A DNA stretch of 64,000 nt from Octopus vulgaris (GCA_951406725.2 OX597830.1:26846001-26910000); one strand, 5' to 3'; counted from the first letter of the stretch, positions 39,416-52,644 are shown. Numbers and translations are program-made. Notes: generated by a model from the sequence alone, not told the origin.

Positions 39416-41743
39416 TTATTGCTTATTTAGCTTGGGTTCGAATTTATCAATAAAATTCTTTTCTCTGATTTTCCTCTCGATTTCACTTGGGCTGTGTAAT
39501 TTGTAGAATGGAAATATTATATATATTTTCCGACCACATGTTGCTAGGTGGTTACTCAAAGGTATCTGACGGACCTCTGGGTCTCTAATCTGTTGCCGGT
39601 GTACACGTGAGCGTTCTAATAGTGCGTTTCCCGTCTGACCTACATATATTTCTTCACAATTTGGGCATTTGATGCAGTAAATTAAATTTCTGCTTTTGCA
39701 GTTCATATTCGCGTTTGTGAATATTTTCCCGGTTTTTGTGTTTATATATTGACCGGTATGTATGAATTGGCATGTGCCACATCGGCTATCATTGCATTTA
39801 GATACCGTGAATGTTTGGTCTTTGTTGCTGAGGTCAAATTTTGCCTTTGTTAGTAATGTTTTCAAGTTTTTAGGCTGTCTTTTACTAAGCACCATAGCTC
39901 GATCCTTGATTATGTCTTTTAATTCATTACTTTGGGCAATGATTGGTAGGTTTGCTTTGGCAATGTTGAAGATATTCTGGTGACATGGGTTGTGTGTCAC
40001 TATGAATGGTATTACTTGTTCTTGTTTTCCTCTTCCTTGGGTTGTCCTAAGTTGTTGTATAGGTATTTTTATAGCCCGCTGTATGCCATTTTCTATAAGT
40101 AGAGATGGGTATTTTTGTTTGAGCAAAAATTCTCTTAGTTCTATTAGGCGTTTGTTCCTGATATTTGCATCTTCTACAATAGTACAAATTCTTCTGGCTA
40201 GGCAGTATGGGATGTTACGTTTTGTATGTGGTGGATGGCACGACTTAAAATTTAGGTATTGATGTGTGTCTGTGTGTTTATAGTATATATCTGTGGTGAT
40301 GGTGGTGTCTTTTTTAATTACCATTATATCCAGGAATGGTAATTTGGTACTACTCATCTCCTTTGTAAATTTGAGAGATGGGTGTAGGTTGTTCAAGAGG
40401 ATATTGAACTCTTCCAGAGTATTTAGAGATTCTGTCCAGATTATGAAACAGTCGTCTAGGTATCTCTTCCATGTCTTTTCAATATACTTTCTAAATCCAG
40501 TGCCATAGTTTACCTCCACCTCTTGGTAGAGTTGTTCTTCTAAGTATCCCATTACAGAGTTGGCGTAAACGGGAGCAAACCTCGTTCCCATCGCCGTGCC
40601 TCTAATTTGGATGTAATTCTTTCCATTGAAGAAGAATGTGTTATTTTCTAGAATAAGTTTGACTGTGTCTAATATAAATGGCACTGTGAATCTGCTGGGA
40701 ATCACTTCTCTATGTTTTTCTAACCAGTATTTAATCGCCTTTATTCCTAAATCGTGTGGAATATTGGTGTAGAGGCTTACCACATCAAAACTTAGTAAAA
40801 CTGAATTTGTTTCTGTTGTTTTGGGAAGATGGGACAGGAAGTCGATGTCATCCCTGATGAAACTTGGTATGTAAGTACATAGTGGTTTCAAAACAATGTC
40901 AATAAAATTGCTTAGACGGTGTGTAGGGCATGCTGGACCAGCTATAATAGGTCTAAGTTTTAGGTCTTTTGGATGTAATAATTTTATGTACTCACTTTCT
41001 TGTTCTTTTACTGCCTGTTGAATGTTTTTTGATTTGTGTATTTTTGGTAAGCCGTAGAAGTTGCTGGGTTTTGGTTCAAAATTGGTGATGTAGTCTTTTT
41101 CATTATCCGTAAGTGAGTTGTGGTGTGTTGAAATCAGGTTGTTGATCTTTTTCATGATGTGGTGGTCTATATTTGCGGGTATTTCACAATAGAAGGTTGT
41201 ATCCTTCAGTTGGTCTTCAACCAAATCCTTATAGTATTCGGTATCCATAATAACAATTGCACCACCTTTATCTGCTTGTTTAATTATTATTGTTTGATCG
41301 TTTTGTATACGTTTACATGCAGACATCTCTGATTTGCTAATGTTTGGCCTAACATTGGTATTGCGTCTAAGGGGAAATTTAGACAGGATATCAATGTATT
41401 GGTCAAGGTAGTTATTTCTTCCTTTTGGTGGGGTGAAATTTGATTTATTCCTTACTAGGGATTCATCAATCTCATTACTTTTGTTAGCGAAGAATTCTAC
41501 AAGTCGTAATTTTCGACAGAATTTTTGGATATCCTCCTTTAATTCTTGGTGGTTGGCTGTTGGTGTAGGTGTGAATTTCAGTCCTTTTGACAGAAGTTGG
41601 ATTTCATCATTGTCAAGATCTCTTTTTGATAAATTAATTATTTTAGGATCTATACGTTCAGTTGTTTGGGGTATGTTTCCTCTTGGATTTTTTCTTTCTC
41701 CGGTGTTTGTTGTCCTGACGTAAAAAAATGGATTTTTTTCTGG
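39416..41743 (-). CDS. PLE reverse transcriptase + GIY-YIG endonuclease (775-aa open frame; first Met at 41326)
   Basis: IINLSK..LLSKGLKFTPTP, ADKG, FYGLPKIHK, RPII, SFDVVSLYTNIP, GTAMG, RYLDD, LPFLD, Cys linker CNDSRCGTC, NLIY-CIKCPNC-YVGQT, H..H, EPKLN. Confidence 0.95.
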   Translation of the reverse strand, partial: PEKNPFFYVRTTNTGERKNPRGNIPQTTERIDPKIINLSKRDLDNDEIQLLSKGLKFTPTPTANHQELKEDIQKFCRKLRLVEFFANKSNEIDESLVRNKSNFTPPKGRNNYLDQYIDILSKFPLRRNTNVRPNISKSEMSACKRIQNDQTIIIKQADKGGAIVIMDTEYYKDLVEDQLKDTTFYCEIPANIDHHIMKKINNLISTHHNSLTDNEKDYITNFEPKPSNFYGLPKIHKSKNIQQAVKEQESEYIKLLHPKDLKLRPIIAGPACPTHRLSNFIDIVLKPLCTYIPSFIRDDIDFLSHLPKTTETNSVLLSFDVVSLYTNIPHDLGIKAIKYWLEKHREVIPSRFTVPFILDTVKLILENNTFFFNGKNYIQIRGTAMGTRFAPVYANSVMGYLEEQLYQEVEVNYGTGFRKYIEKTWKRYLDDCFIIWTESLNTLEEFNILLNNLHPSLKFTKEMSSTKLPFLDIMVIKKDTTITTDIYYKHTDTHQYLNFKSCHPPHTKRNIPYCLARRICTIVEDANIRNKRLIELREFLLKQKYPSLLIENGIQRAIKIPIQQLRTTQGRGKQEQVIPFIVTHNPCHQNIFNIAKANLPIIAQSNELKDIIKDRAMVLSKRQPKNLKTLLTKAKFDLSNKDQTFTVSKCNDSRCGTCQFIHTGQYINTKTGKIFTNANMNCKSRNLIYCIKCPNCEEIYVGQTGNALLERSRVHRQQIRDPEVRQIPLSNHLATCGRKIYIIFPFYKLHSPSEIERKIREKNFIDKFEPKLNKQ

Positions 41744-42942
41744 TTATGATTCATATTCCTGTTGATGTTTGCTTGATGAATTTTGCGTTTTGGTTGTGGT
41801 ACTTTACTTGGTTTCGTTATGTTTTCTGTCTTGTTTTTGGTATTATGTATGCTACTTTTCAATTTCTTGTTAGCATTGTTTTTAACCACCTGGAGAAATG
41901 ATCTGGGTTTACTTCTAGATCTAGATCGGTTTTTTGTCCAGTTTCTTGTGGGTAATCTCTGTTGAGGTCTTGAAAATGATCTCCTGTTATTTCTACTGCT
42001 AATGGTCTGTTCAAAACAATATCTATTTTGTTTGTGCTTTTTGTTCATGTTGTGTGCATTAGGGTGTTTGCATACAAAATGGGAAGAGTTCTTACCGTAG
42101 TTCGTCTTCGATTCGTGGTGAAACGGGTGTTCATGTTGCCACGTGTTCTGGTGTATGTTGCGTTGGTGAGGTTGTCCACTTTTAATGCTATTTCTCGGAG
42201 TTCTGGTGTCTTTACCGTAATTTGTAGCATATTTGTCGAGAAATAATTGTTTCCGCTGCCAAAACTTTCTTGATCTGCTTTCTTCTTTTGAGATATCTCT
42301 GATCCATAGTTCTCGCATTTTTTCTGCTATATTGCCGGTCGTTAGTTTGGATATTTCATCTCTGATTTGATCATCGATAGCTTCGTATTTGGCTTTGTAG
42401 CGGGATTGTTTAGACAGGGTAATGGAGATGTCGGTCCTGAATTTTATCAAACTAAGGTCCCATCGAAGTTTAGTTTCTTCCTCTGGTTCTCCTGCAATTT
42501 CTTTAATTAGGTACTTCCGAGGAAGTATGGGTGCCGCTAAAGATATCCATTTCGAATGTATTTCAGCATATTTTTCGCATTTATATGCCTTCCAGAAGTT
42601 TTGTTTTCTTATGTTAAGGAGTTTTTTCCATGTCTTCTGTATCTCTTCTCTTTTTCGGTGTGCCTCTTTTTCCAGATTTCTTTCGTTTATTTCTGACATC
42701 CAAGGAGGTTGTGGTAGGCTTTCTCTTGTAGATTTTATAATTGTTGGTATCATTTCAGCTAAATTCTTAATTTCAGAGTTTATGTGTTCATTTCCAAGTT
42801 TTCCGTCTGTAGACTGTTTTTCTATTTCCTTTAAAATAGAGGATTGTGTGTCAATCATCGTGATGAGTGTTGATAATTTCGATGAAATTTCCATTAGAAT
42901 TCTTTCGGATTCTGTTAATTTTGTTTGTTGCTTTCCAGACAT
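41650..42942 (-). CDS. PLE ORF1: helical/coiled-coil protein with basic R/S/K/N-rich C-terminus (430 aa)
   Basis: Uninterrupted 430-aa ORF, co-oriented with and overlapping the RT frame. Heptad-like K/E/L segments, RKQNFW and LPRKY motifs, RSRSRS tract. Confidence 0.8.
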   Translation of the reverse strand: MSGKQQTKLTESERILMEISSKLSTLITMIDTQSSILKEIEKQSTDGKLGNEHINSEIKNLAEMIPTIIKSTRESLPQPPWMSEINERNLEKEAHRKREEIQKTWKKLLNIRKQNFWKAYKCEKYAEIHSKWISLAAPILPRKYLIKEIAGEPEEETKLRWDLSLIKFRTDISITLSKQSRYKAKYEAIDDQIRDEISKLTTGNIAEKMRELWIRDISKEESRSRKFWQRKQLFLDKYATNYGKDTRTPRNSIKSGQPHQRNIHQNTWQHEHPFHHESKTNYGKNSSHFVCKHPNAHNMNKKHKQNRYCFEQTISSRNNRRSFSRPQQRLPTRNWTKNRSRSRSKPRSFLQVVKNNANKKLKSSIHNTKNKTENITKPSKVPQPKRKIHQANINRNMNHNQKKIHFFTSGQQTPEKEKIQEETYPKQLNV

Positions 42943-42969
42943 GTCTATTGTCTATATATATATATATAT

Positions 42970-43271
42970 GCTATGGGAGAGCAATGCCTGCCATCGCCAC
43001 AGATGGAGGAAGCAGGTTAAGGAGGGGTCGACACTTCTGAGAGATCACATATTCTGCATGAAGAATTTAAGTGTCCTGCTCGAAAGCGAACTGCTGATGT
43101 AGTGAATGGGGAAAGCTTGGTTTGCAATGTTTGCAGTCGTGTATGCTTGTCAAGAGCAGGGCTCATTAGCCACCAACGGGGCCGCAAATGCAAAATATAA
43201 GTTAGTCCTAGAAAGCACAAAGGTCATGAAGGTCAGCAATAGTCTTCCTCGGTCACAAGTGGACGGCCAGA

Positions 43272-43278
<7 letters not shown>
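42970..43278 (+). mobile_element. 5'-truncated RTE-clade LINE 3' end inserted in (TA)n
   Basis: RHRWRKQVKEG, then LVCNVCSRVCLSRAGLISHQR zinc finger; short 3' UTR ending ACCATCAT. Confidence 0.7.
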
Positions 43279-43300
<22 letters not shown>

Positions 43301-43311
<11 letters not shown>

Positions 43312-43650
43312 TAAATTAGAGACAAAACCACTATTAGGCAAATCAAACAATGAAAAACTTAAGCCAATACATATTATTTAATTTATATTATTTAAATATA
43401 TAACAAAATTATTAAAAAAATATAATTAATATCACACTAATTATATTTTTTTAATAATTTTGTTATATATTTAAATAATATAAATTAAATAATATTATGT
43501 ATTGGCTTAAGTTTTTCATTGTTTGATTTGCCTAATAGTGGTTTTGTCTCTAATTTAATATAATATAATATTTTACTATAAAATTGGATTCAATCCTAAA
43601 TCTGATTTTTCCCTGTAAGTTTGGATTTATTCCCTAATATTTATTATATA
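43301..43650. repeat. Near-perfect palindrome (~130-bp arms) plus tail between (TA)n tracts
   Basis: 43301-43428 is inverted at 43438-43568; the tail TTTTTCCCTGTAAGTTTGGA is shared with 48316. Confidence 0.9.
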
Positions 43651-44540
43651 TATATATATATATAAAATCAAAATAAGCAATAGGATATCAAGAAGTGATG
43701 CAATACGACCGTTTAAATGGCTCCATTTAATTGAACAATGCAATCATTACATCAACTAAAATGCAGGGCTATAATCAGCTGCACAAATAAATAGAATTTT
43801 AATCAGTTGGACACATTAATATAGTTTTTCTCAAATACTTTAACAAAGCAAGAAGATGGAAGAATAGACTATACTTCCAAGAAAGGCATGAAGCACACTG
43901 GGCCATAGCTTGTAAAGGATTGTGGTTCATTTCTAATTTATTTGTCTTTTTATCAACTACTAAATCTAAGACTAGAGGATTGTGTCTGGAATGAAGGGCA
44001 AGAATGAGTTGACAGCTTATGGCTAGGCATGGTCATAAATATCGTCAAAATATTAGGAGTAGTAAATTGGGTATAAAGTAAGTGTCTATAAAGGAGGCTG
44101 GATAAGGAAAGACTCTAAATCATGATGTTAATTACCAGTGAAAGGGGCTAGACGCTAATAAAATCTATGATGTTAATAGAGGAAATTTTATCATGGGGTA
44201 ATATGGGTGATTGTTTATAAACAATATTATGTTGTATAAAGATAAAATTTAAGATTATGAAAAATGATATTACCAAAATAGGTGACCTGTGTGTATATAT
44301 CAATGTTCAACATTAAAAAGGAAAAATTACATAGAATCAGTTTAATATTCATTCATGTACTTAATTATTTACTTTTTAGGTGGCTTCTATAAAGACTGCT
44401 CAGGGCATTTACTTATGGAATACTGGAAAGATAAACACGCTATCTATATATTAATTATAAGCCATGAATCTTAATTTTTTGATGTATGTATGTATGTATG
44501 TATGTATGTATGTATGTATGTATGTATGTATGTATGTATG

Positions 44541-44572
<32 letters not shown>

Positions 44573-44928
44573 CTGTTCGGTCTGATTTCAAAATAGCAAA
44601 GATGACCTATGTATGATGGAGAATTAAGATTTTAAGTTGGCAGAGCTCCAGCATTGATTGGGCGGCGATGGTCAACAAACCTTAATATCTACTGAATAAT
44701 GTGTTTATCTTGAGTGGGCTGTTGGTATTTTATTTACCCCATTCAAAACAGCCGTCGCACGGGTAATCCTACACCACGGGTTGTATATCTAAATTGCACC
44801 GCTCCTTTCCCCAACAAATAGGAAGAGTCTTTTCATTGCGTCAAAATTAACTATTAACGTAAAATGAAGGTAAACAATGTCAGGACAGATGCGTGCTTAG
44901 GCAAACATGTGTGGTGTGTGTGCATGTG

Positions 44929-44973
<45 letters not shown>

Positions 44974-45061
44974 TCGTTCGTGTATAAAAGTTCAATTATA
45001 TAGCTATTCATATCTCTCTCTCTATATATATATTTGTATATTTATATACGTATTTATACAT

Positions 45062-45110
<49 letters not shown>

Positions 45111-45744
45111 TCTCACATATGTATATACATCCATTTATATGTTCCTATATAAGGACTGTGTACATGAAGGCACTAACCTTGTGGTTAGTATGTTTGTTTC
45201 GCGATTGTAAAGGTAATGATTTCGATTCCAAGCAAGGGCAACGAATTCTTACTTTGTTGAACAAAACACTTTCTCCCGCGTTGCTTCATTTCACTCTGCC
45301 AAAAATGGATGCCACTAACAACAATCGGGGATAGATCTTGCGATAGACTGTCGTATGGTTCGTACAAACTCAGCGCTAAATAGTTTTTGAATGTTAAGGA
45401 TCATGGTTCTGAAGAGTGAGAGAATTAACCCTTTAGTATACGGTTTACGCCATCAAATTAATTCATATTGCTTTAAATTTATCCAGCGTTATCTTGTAGC
45501 TTCGAGATTTAGATGATGCAATTGTTATTTTAGAATGACATTGTAGGGTGATAGTGAGAAAACTGGATCTGACCAGTTTGAACATAAAGCAGGTAGAATA
45601 TTTTGGCTGAATATGACCGGTTTAATTGTTAAAAGGCTAAATGCAGGATATTTGCACGGGTGAGAATTAGACGTTATGGCAATGGTATGGGAGATAATTA
45701 TTATGCGACATGACGCTAGAAGACGATGGAAATGAAATAACATG

Positions 45745-46443
45745 GCATTAGCATGCCGGGCGAAATGCGTAGCCGTATTTCGCCAGCCGTTACGTTCTGG
45801 GTTCAAATTCTGCCGAGGTCGACTTTGCCTTTCATCCTTCCGGCGTCGATAAATTAAGTACTATTTACGCACTGGGGTCGATGTAATCGATTTAATCCGT
45901 TTGTCTGTCCTTGTTTGTCTCCCTTGTGTTTAGCCCCTTGTGGGTAGTAAAGAAATATATATTATTATTAAAAGGGCGGCGAGCTGGCAGAAACGTTAGC
46001 ACGCCGGGTGAAATGCTTAGCAGTATTTCGTCTGCCGCTACGTTCTTAGTTCAAATTCCGCCGAGGTCGACTTTACCTTTCATCCTTTCGGGGTCGATAA
46101 ATTAAGTACCAGTTACGCACTGGGGTCGATGTAATCGACTTAATCTGTTTGTCTGTCCTTGTTTGTCCCCTCTGTGTTTAGCCCCTTGTGGGTAGTAAAG
46201 AAATATATATATTGTTCATGTAAGAATTTGATAAAATTTCGAAAGAACGTGACAACAAGGACAGACAAACGGATGAAGTCGATTATATCGACCCCCGTGC
46301 GTAACTGGTACTTAATTTATTGACCCCGATAGGATGAAAGGCAAAGTCGACCTCGGCGGAATTTGAACTCAGAACGTAACGGCAGACAAAATACGGCTAC
46401 GCATTTCACCCGGCGTGCTTAACGTTTCTGCCAGCTCGCCGCC
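45745..46443. mobile_element. Three family B SINEs (two plus, one minus)
   Basis: Copies at ~45745-45957, 45974-46205 and 46250-46443 match 12396-12625. Confidence 0.9.
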
Positions 46444-46879
46444 TTTCATTCATTGATATATTACCAAAACTAAAGACAGTCCACTTGTAGCAGACCGAAG
46501 AAAATAATGAAGGAAACAAAGCACATTCTGGAAACACCGATGGATCGAAATGTTAAAAAAAATCATCCTGAATCCAATAAGGTTAAGGTTGTAGGAGAAA
46601 ATGCTTGTGTGAAGAAGACTACCACAAGGTTATTAGGCGCCATATACCACAACCACAAAGTATATCACTTCCTAGTTTTACGATCTTCTCGTCTTACTCT
46701 CAATTCTATATTGTGCGTTCGCTTAACATTTTCTTCTACAAAATTCCTCTAGCCATCATCCTCTTGGTGCAGAACAAATACCATACAGCTATAGTAAAAT
46801 GTACTATAGTAAAATGCTATAGTAAAATGTACATTCCAAAGATGATACACGGAAGATCGAGCCTGGACCACGTTGTTGT

Positions 46880-47061
46880 GAAGTGGACGGCGTGTGTACC
46901 GTTGGCGATTTTTTCCCTCTGTCTTCCCTTCTCTGGATCGTTCCTTCTTGTTTCTGACGAAGAGCTCCGCTCGAAATGTTAAACCCACCTTCTTTCCTTC
47001 TTTCTTGAGCGTCCAATAATCGCGTTGTTGTGTTTTTTGTGCTTTCTTGTTTGAATTAACT
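46880..47061 (+). mobile_element. HHR-bearing element copy (HHR 46949-46985, canonical CTGACGA core)
   Basis: GTTT-CTGACGA-A-GAGC tcc GCTC-GAAA-TG-TT-AAAC; ends at (TA)n. Confidence 0.75.
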
Positions 47062-47135
47062 ATATATATACATATATATACATATATATATATATACATA
47101 TATATATATATGTATACATATATCTACACACACGC

Positions 47136-47183
<48 letters not shown>

Positions 47184-47355
47184 TTAATTACTGTTACCCA
47201 AGTAAGCGCATAATAGCGAAATTCATAAATGTACTTTCAACGATGTCACACTACTGACACACAGATAATCATTGTTTTCTTTCAGTAAGGATAACAAAGA
47301 CTATAAAAAAATAAAATACAACTCAAATAAATGGAGGTTTTATTGTTATCAGATT

Positions 47356-47386
<31 letters not shown>

Positions 47387-47808
47387 ATCATCATATTTAT
47401 TATCATTATTAGTTTTATTAAGAAAAATATGTCAAAAAACGTTTACAAAACAATTAATTTTTTTTTTATATATGAACGCTTCACATCCCTTTGTTTAGCG
47501 TCATCTCTCTATTTATCTCTCAATCGTTTGGACAGGTTTAGAAAACTATTTCGAATCCATAACATTAGAGTTGTAGCAGAAAGGGCTTGTGCAAACAAGA
47601 CCGCCACAAAGGTATTCGATGCCGTACCCAACAGCTGCAGATAGATAGATAGATAGATAGATGAAACTAAAAGAAAAGGGTATGAAACGAAAAAAACGGG
47701 TTATATATATATATATATATATACAAGGACCATACTTACGGAGGTAATTACCAGGAGTGTCTCTGGATACTTCTATCGCTTAGAGGGCTTAACACCTCTA
47801 CCTTATAT

Positions 47809-47884
<76 letters not shown>

Positions 47885-47937
47885 CATATATGTATATATA
47901 AGTGTTTGTGTGTGTATGTATGTATGTATGTATATGT

Positions 47938-48216
47938 ATATGTATAAAATTTAGAGAAAAACCTCTATTAAGCAATTCAATAGTGAAAGACGTTATTCAC
48001 ACCTTATAGAAAAATATACTATAGAAACCATTATTCTAAAAATCAATAGAGTACATAAACAATAAATAGTATTGATTTTTAGAATAATGTTTTCTATTTA
48101 TATTTTACTTTTTCTATAAGGTGTGAATAACGTTTTTCACTATTGCATTGTTTAATAGTTTTCTCTAAATTTTATACATATACATACATACATACATACA
48201 TACATACATACATACA

Positions 48217-48252
<36 letters not shown>

Positions 48253-48360
48253 TATGTATAAATTTTATACATATATTATATATTGTGAAATTTGATTTAG
48301 AATTGCTAAATTGAATTTTTCCCTGTAAGTTTGGAATTATATTCCCTACTATATATTATG
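47938..48360. repeat. Fold-back plus tail, same family as 43301-43650
   Basis: AAATTTAGAGAAAAACC.CTATTA arm, its inverted copy, and the shared CCCTGTAAGTTTGGA tail. Confidence 0.8.
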
Positions 48361-48378
48361 TGTGTGTGTGCGTGTGTA

Positions 48379-48413
<35 letters not shown>

Positions 48414-48752
48414 ATGTATATACATATATATGTATGTATATATGTGTGTGATATGTGTGTGTGTGTATTTATATATATACATACTTCTATTGTATGATGA
48501 CATCAAGTAGTCAATATTAGTTGATGATCTTTGCACAGAATTCAAAGCTTTCTCCCAAATCTTAACATGTGTGTATGCATGTATGTATGTATGTATGAAT
48601 GTATGTATGTATGTATGTATATATCTGTGTGTACGTGTGTGTGTTAAAAAATTAAATTACCGAGACAATGCAAAATGACTGAAACATCCGCAATCGGATG
48701 GAGGATACCCGAGATCCTTGAAGACACACACACACACAGACAGAACGGATTT

Positions 48753-48861
<109 letters not shown>

Positions 48862-48869
48862 ATATATAT

Positions 48870-49085
48870 GGTGAGAGTTTACTAAAAAAACAACAAAAGA
48901 CGAAGACAGGTGGTGTACAAAACAAACAGATGTATTAGTATAACGCTCAGGAATGGAAAAAAGTGTTTTACGTTTCGAGCCTACGCTCTTCTACAGAAAG
49001 GGACACAGAAAACAAGGAGACAAAATAATGTGTGTGTAGTGGCTAATGATTTATCATGGCGTCTGACTCGGACAGAAGGGTCACA
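48870..49085 (-). mobile_element. Related HHR-bearing element (HHR-like 48965-48999, CTGTAGA core)
   Basis: TTT-CTGTAGA-A-GAGC gtag GCTC-GAAA-CG-TA-AAA; shares the ACGCTCAGGAA motif and the (TA)n junction. Confidence 0.6.
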
Positions 49086-49560
49086 CACGCATACATATAA
49101 ATTGAAGAAAGGATATTATGATATTACTTTTATTTAACAGTTGATAATTTTCTCAACAAACCCAAGGTGATTAACTTCCCTAAAGGTCTATAGACATGTA
49201 TGTTTATAATAATCAACCTATGCATGCTGTTGCGAGATTCGTAACTTTGAAATTTATGTAACAATTGCAACCTTGAACTAAAAAAATAATGTTGTAAATT
49301 CCAATCTTGAATTTCCTATTATTTATTCTCTATGACGGAAATGAAACTGACGGATTTTCTGTTTATTCAAAACATCATTTTTGAAGCAGGATATACTCCT
49401 TATACTCCTTTTGCAATTTACAGATATCATTTATCCGCGTGAGTGGTTCCTTAGATAAAGGACTGGATTACCTTATCACTACGTTCTACACACACACAAA
49501 CACACACTCACATACATATATATATATATATATGTATGTGCATATATATATATGTGTGTG

Positions 49561-49641
<81 letters not shown>

Positions 49642-50488
49642 TTAGTATCACAACATGGTGAGAGGAAGGAAAAGAAGGAAAGAAAGGTTAGAATGTCTCC
49701 ACTCACCATGTTGTACCACCTAACAATCCTTTCTGATTATGCATTTACCAAAAGAAGACCTGATCTAACAGGGTTTAACTAGACCATCCCACCCCCTGGA
49801 AATAATGAACCACAACAAATAGATGAGGTACTTTCTTCCACTGTTTAACCTATATCTCTCCGATGCGATAGCCCAATAACTAGGATATCCCAGAAATATT
49901 TTGTTTATAATTTTTACCATTCGTTACGTAGTTAAATTAGATTAAATTAAATTAAATTAAATATCCTCGTCAGGCCTTGCCTAGTTGTTTGCTTTTCCTC
50001 TTTACTTTAACCTACGCCTATTGGCTCAAAGGGAAGCCACCTTTAGCCGTTTTGAACAAGACTATCACATAACTACAACTGCAACTGTTGTTCGAACTGG
50101 AATTTTGGTGGCACATCTATTTGGGCACTCAGAAGACACACACGCACACTCACACACACTCACATACACACACATGGATGTGTATGTATGTATTACAAAC
50201 GTTCAGATACGTATTCATATTTGTATACATTCATATTTATTCTACATGCTATAATGAGTCATGCCAAGAAGAAGCCAGTTGGTGTAATGGCGAAAAAGAT
50301 TATGTCTTAAAGTGAGAAATATCGTGAAGGAGTGTTTCATGAAAAAGGGATTTTATGGAAAAATATAGGATGGATAAAACAATTTTATATGTATTGAAAA
50401 GAAGAGAAAAACGTCGAATGCATGGAAATCCGAAGAAAGAATTTTAAAAACAACAAAGATTTTAGACAAAATTTTCTGGAAGACTATT

Positions 50489-50545
<57 letters not shown>

Positions 50546-50546
50546 T

Positions 50547-50637
<91 letters not shown>

Positions 50638-50671
50638 GTATATATATATATGTATATATACATATATATAC

Positions 50672-50722
<51 letters not shown>

Positions 50723-50783
50723 GATACATATATAGATATGCATATATGCATACGTATATGTACATACATACATCTATACGTGC

Positions 50784-50829
<46 letters not shown>

Positions 50830-50833
<4 letters not shown>

Positions 50834-51125
50834 CGAATCTTGTGCAACATAAAAATACGAAGTACGAATACATTTAATATGAACTATCTTTTCGAACAAC
50901 GAAAGACACAAATGGAAAACAAGACAAACGACATAAGAACGACATAAGAACGACCCGTTTCAGTTGTTGGCTGTTTTTCTACTCTCATACTCGAAATACG
51001 AGAGTAGAAAAACAGCCAACTGATGAATAGCCATTCTTTTTGTTGTTTGTCTTGTTTTCGAAAACATAGGTCATATTCCATGCACGTTTACTTCGTATTT
51101 TTTGTTTCACACGTTTCGTGACGTC
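50830..51125. repeat. Nested fold-back between (TA)n tracts
   Basis: Inner GTTGGCTGTTTTTCTACTCTC/GAGAGTAGAAAAACAGCCAAC hairpin and outer AAAAATACGAAGTA/TACTTCGTATTTTT arms. Confidence 0.75.
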
Positions 51126-51194
51126 CTGTACCTACATATGCATATATATATGTATATATGCGTTTAGATGTATGTACATATACGTATGTATATA

Positions 51195-51240
<46 letters not shown>

Positions 51241-51261
51241 TACATATTTGCATATATATAC

Positions 51262-51325
<64 letters not shown>

Positions 51326-51352
51326 GAACAGCACGCATCCTCATCTAAGTAA

Positions 51353-51400
<48 letters not shown>

Positions 51401-51526
51401 CACACATACGCATGCATATAAGTATATTTATAGATAAAAAAATATATATGTGTGAGCAAGTGTGTGTTTACATATCCATATATATATATATATATATTTA
51501 TACATACATACATGCATATATATATA

Positions 51527-51584
<58 letters not shown>

Positions 51585-52613
51585 TATATGTATATGTACA
51601 CACACACACACATATATATATTTTGTAAAATATATTTTAGTCTTCAAATTTGAGAAAACAATAGTAAAAAAATGCAAGATGATTTTATGTCTCTTGAATA
51701 TTTTTTAATAATTTTAATATTTAACAAAATAACTGTTTTGATGTATTTCTAAAGCTCTAAACTATCACAGCAGCAACTCTCATCTATTTTACACCTATCA
51801 CTACACCCAATCCCCGCTGCAATAACAGTTATTGCAATCACTCTCATCAAAGTTTAATTGTTAACATGTCCAGTGCCGAAAGTGTTAACACTTCTGGCAC
51901 CGGTACTGCTACAACCACTACAGCACACCATTTCATCTTTCATTCACCTTTACCCTATTATATATACTTTAAAAGGGGTTAGAGTGCTACTTCTTATTTT
52001 TCGTCACAACAATGAAAACAAGTACAACAACAAGAATAGCCAGAATGCAGACGACTCCGATGAGAACTCCAAGTGCCACTTTTACTGTTGGATCGGTTAT
52101 CGCTGAAAAGATAAAGAAGGAAAAACGATATGGACTTTATTAGGTAGGTATACAAACAACAATGTATAAAGGCACGTGGCCCAATGGTTGCATTCAAAAT
52201 CTTGCGATTTTGAATGCAAGCGCCCAAAATAAAAAATGATGAAAAATATAAGCAAGCCAATGAAATAAAGAAACATAAGGTGAAATTATTCAGGGAAATG
52301 AAAGAAATATAAATAGATAAAGAATGAATAAATACACGAATGAATGATATGACCGAGCGCAGAGACGATACTTTTCTATTCCAGACCGTTGTTTTCTTGA
52401 GCAAAACATTCTTTTGCTCCAGTTTACTCGTCTGTACATAAATAACTCTGTGGCGGACTAGCATCCTATTTAGAGGTAATATTGTGCTCTTGGTCGCTTA
52501 TACGACATGGAAACCGGAACATCGGTTCTATGAGTCCAAGGATGAGAAGTTAGTAAAGTCCAGGAGACTTACTATATATATATATGTGTGAGCAAGTGTG
52601 TGTTTACATATCC

Positions 52614-52644
<31 letters not shown>

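Larger units (their letters stand above)
38745..42952 (-). mobile_element. Penelope-like retroelement (Neptune-type endonuclease), apparently intact
   Basis: ORF1 plus an RT/GIY-YIG frame and a 3' HHR, bounded on both sides by (TA)n. Confidence 0.92.

Noticed and set aside
39416-42942. Selenocysteine (UGA/SECIS) recoding as in some Naiad PLEs
   Set aside because: There is no in-frame TGA in either frame.
42422-43102. 226-aa plus-strand ORF and other ORFs antisense to the PLE (39762-40508, 41433-41723)
   Set aside because: Antisense shadows of real ORFs; the 3' part of the 226-aa ORF runs into the RTE fragment.
43665-44480. Possible highly decayed second PLE RT/EN remnant on the minus strand
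   Set aside because: Only faint motifs (YP.S.ID, C..NSIY); this needs tBLASTn to support.
51015-51075. CTGATGA...GAAA...GTC on the plus strand
   Set aside because: No convincing stem I or II; the region is explained by the fold-back.
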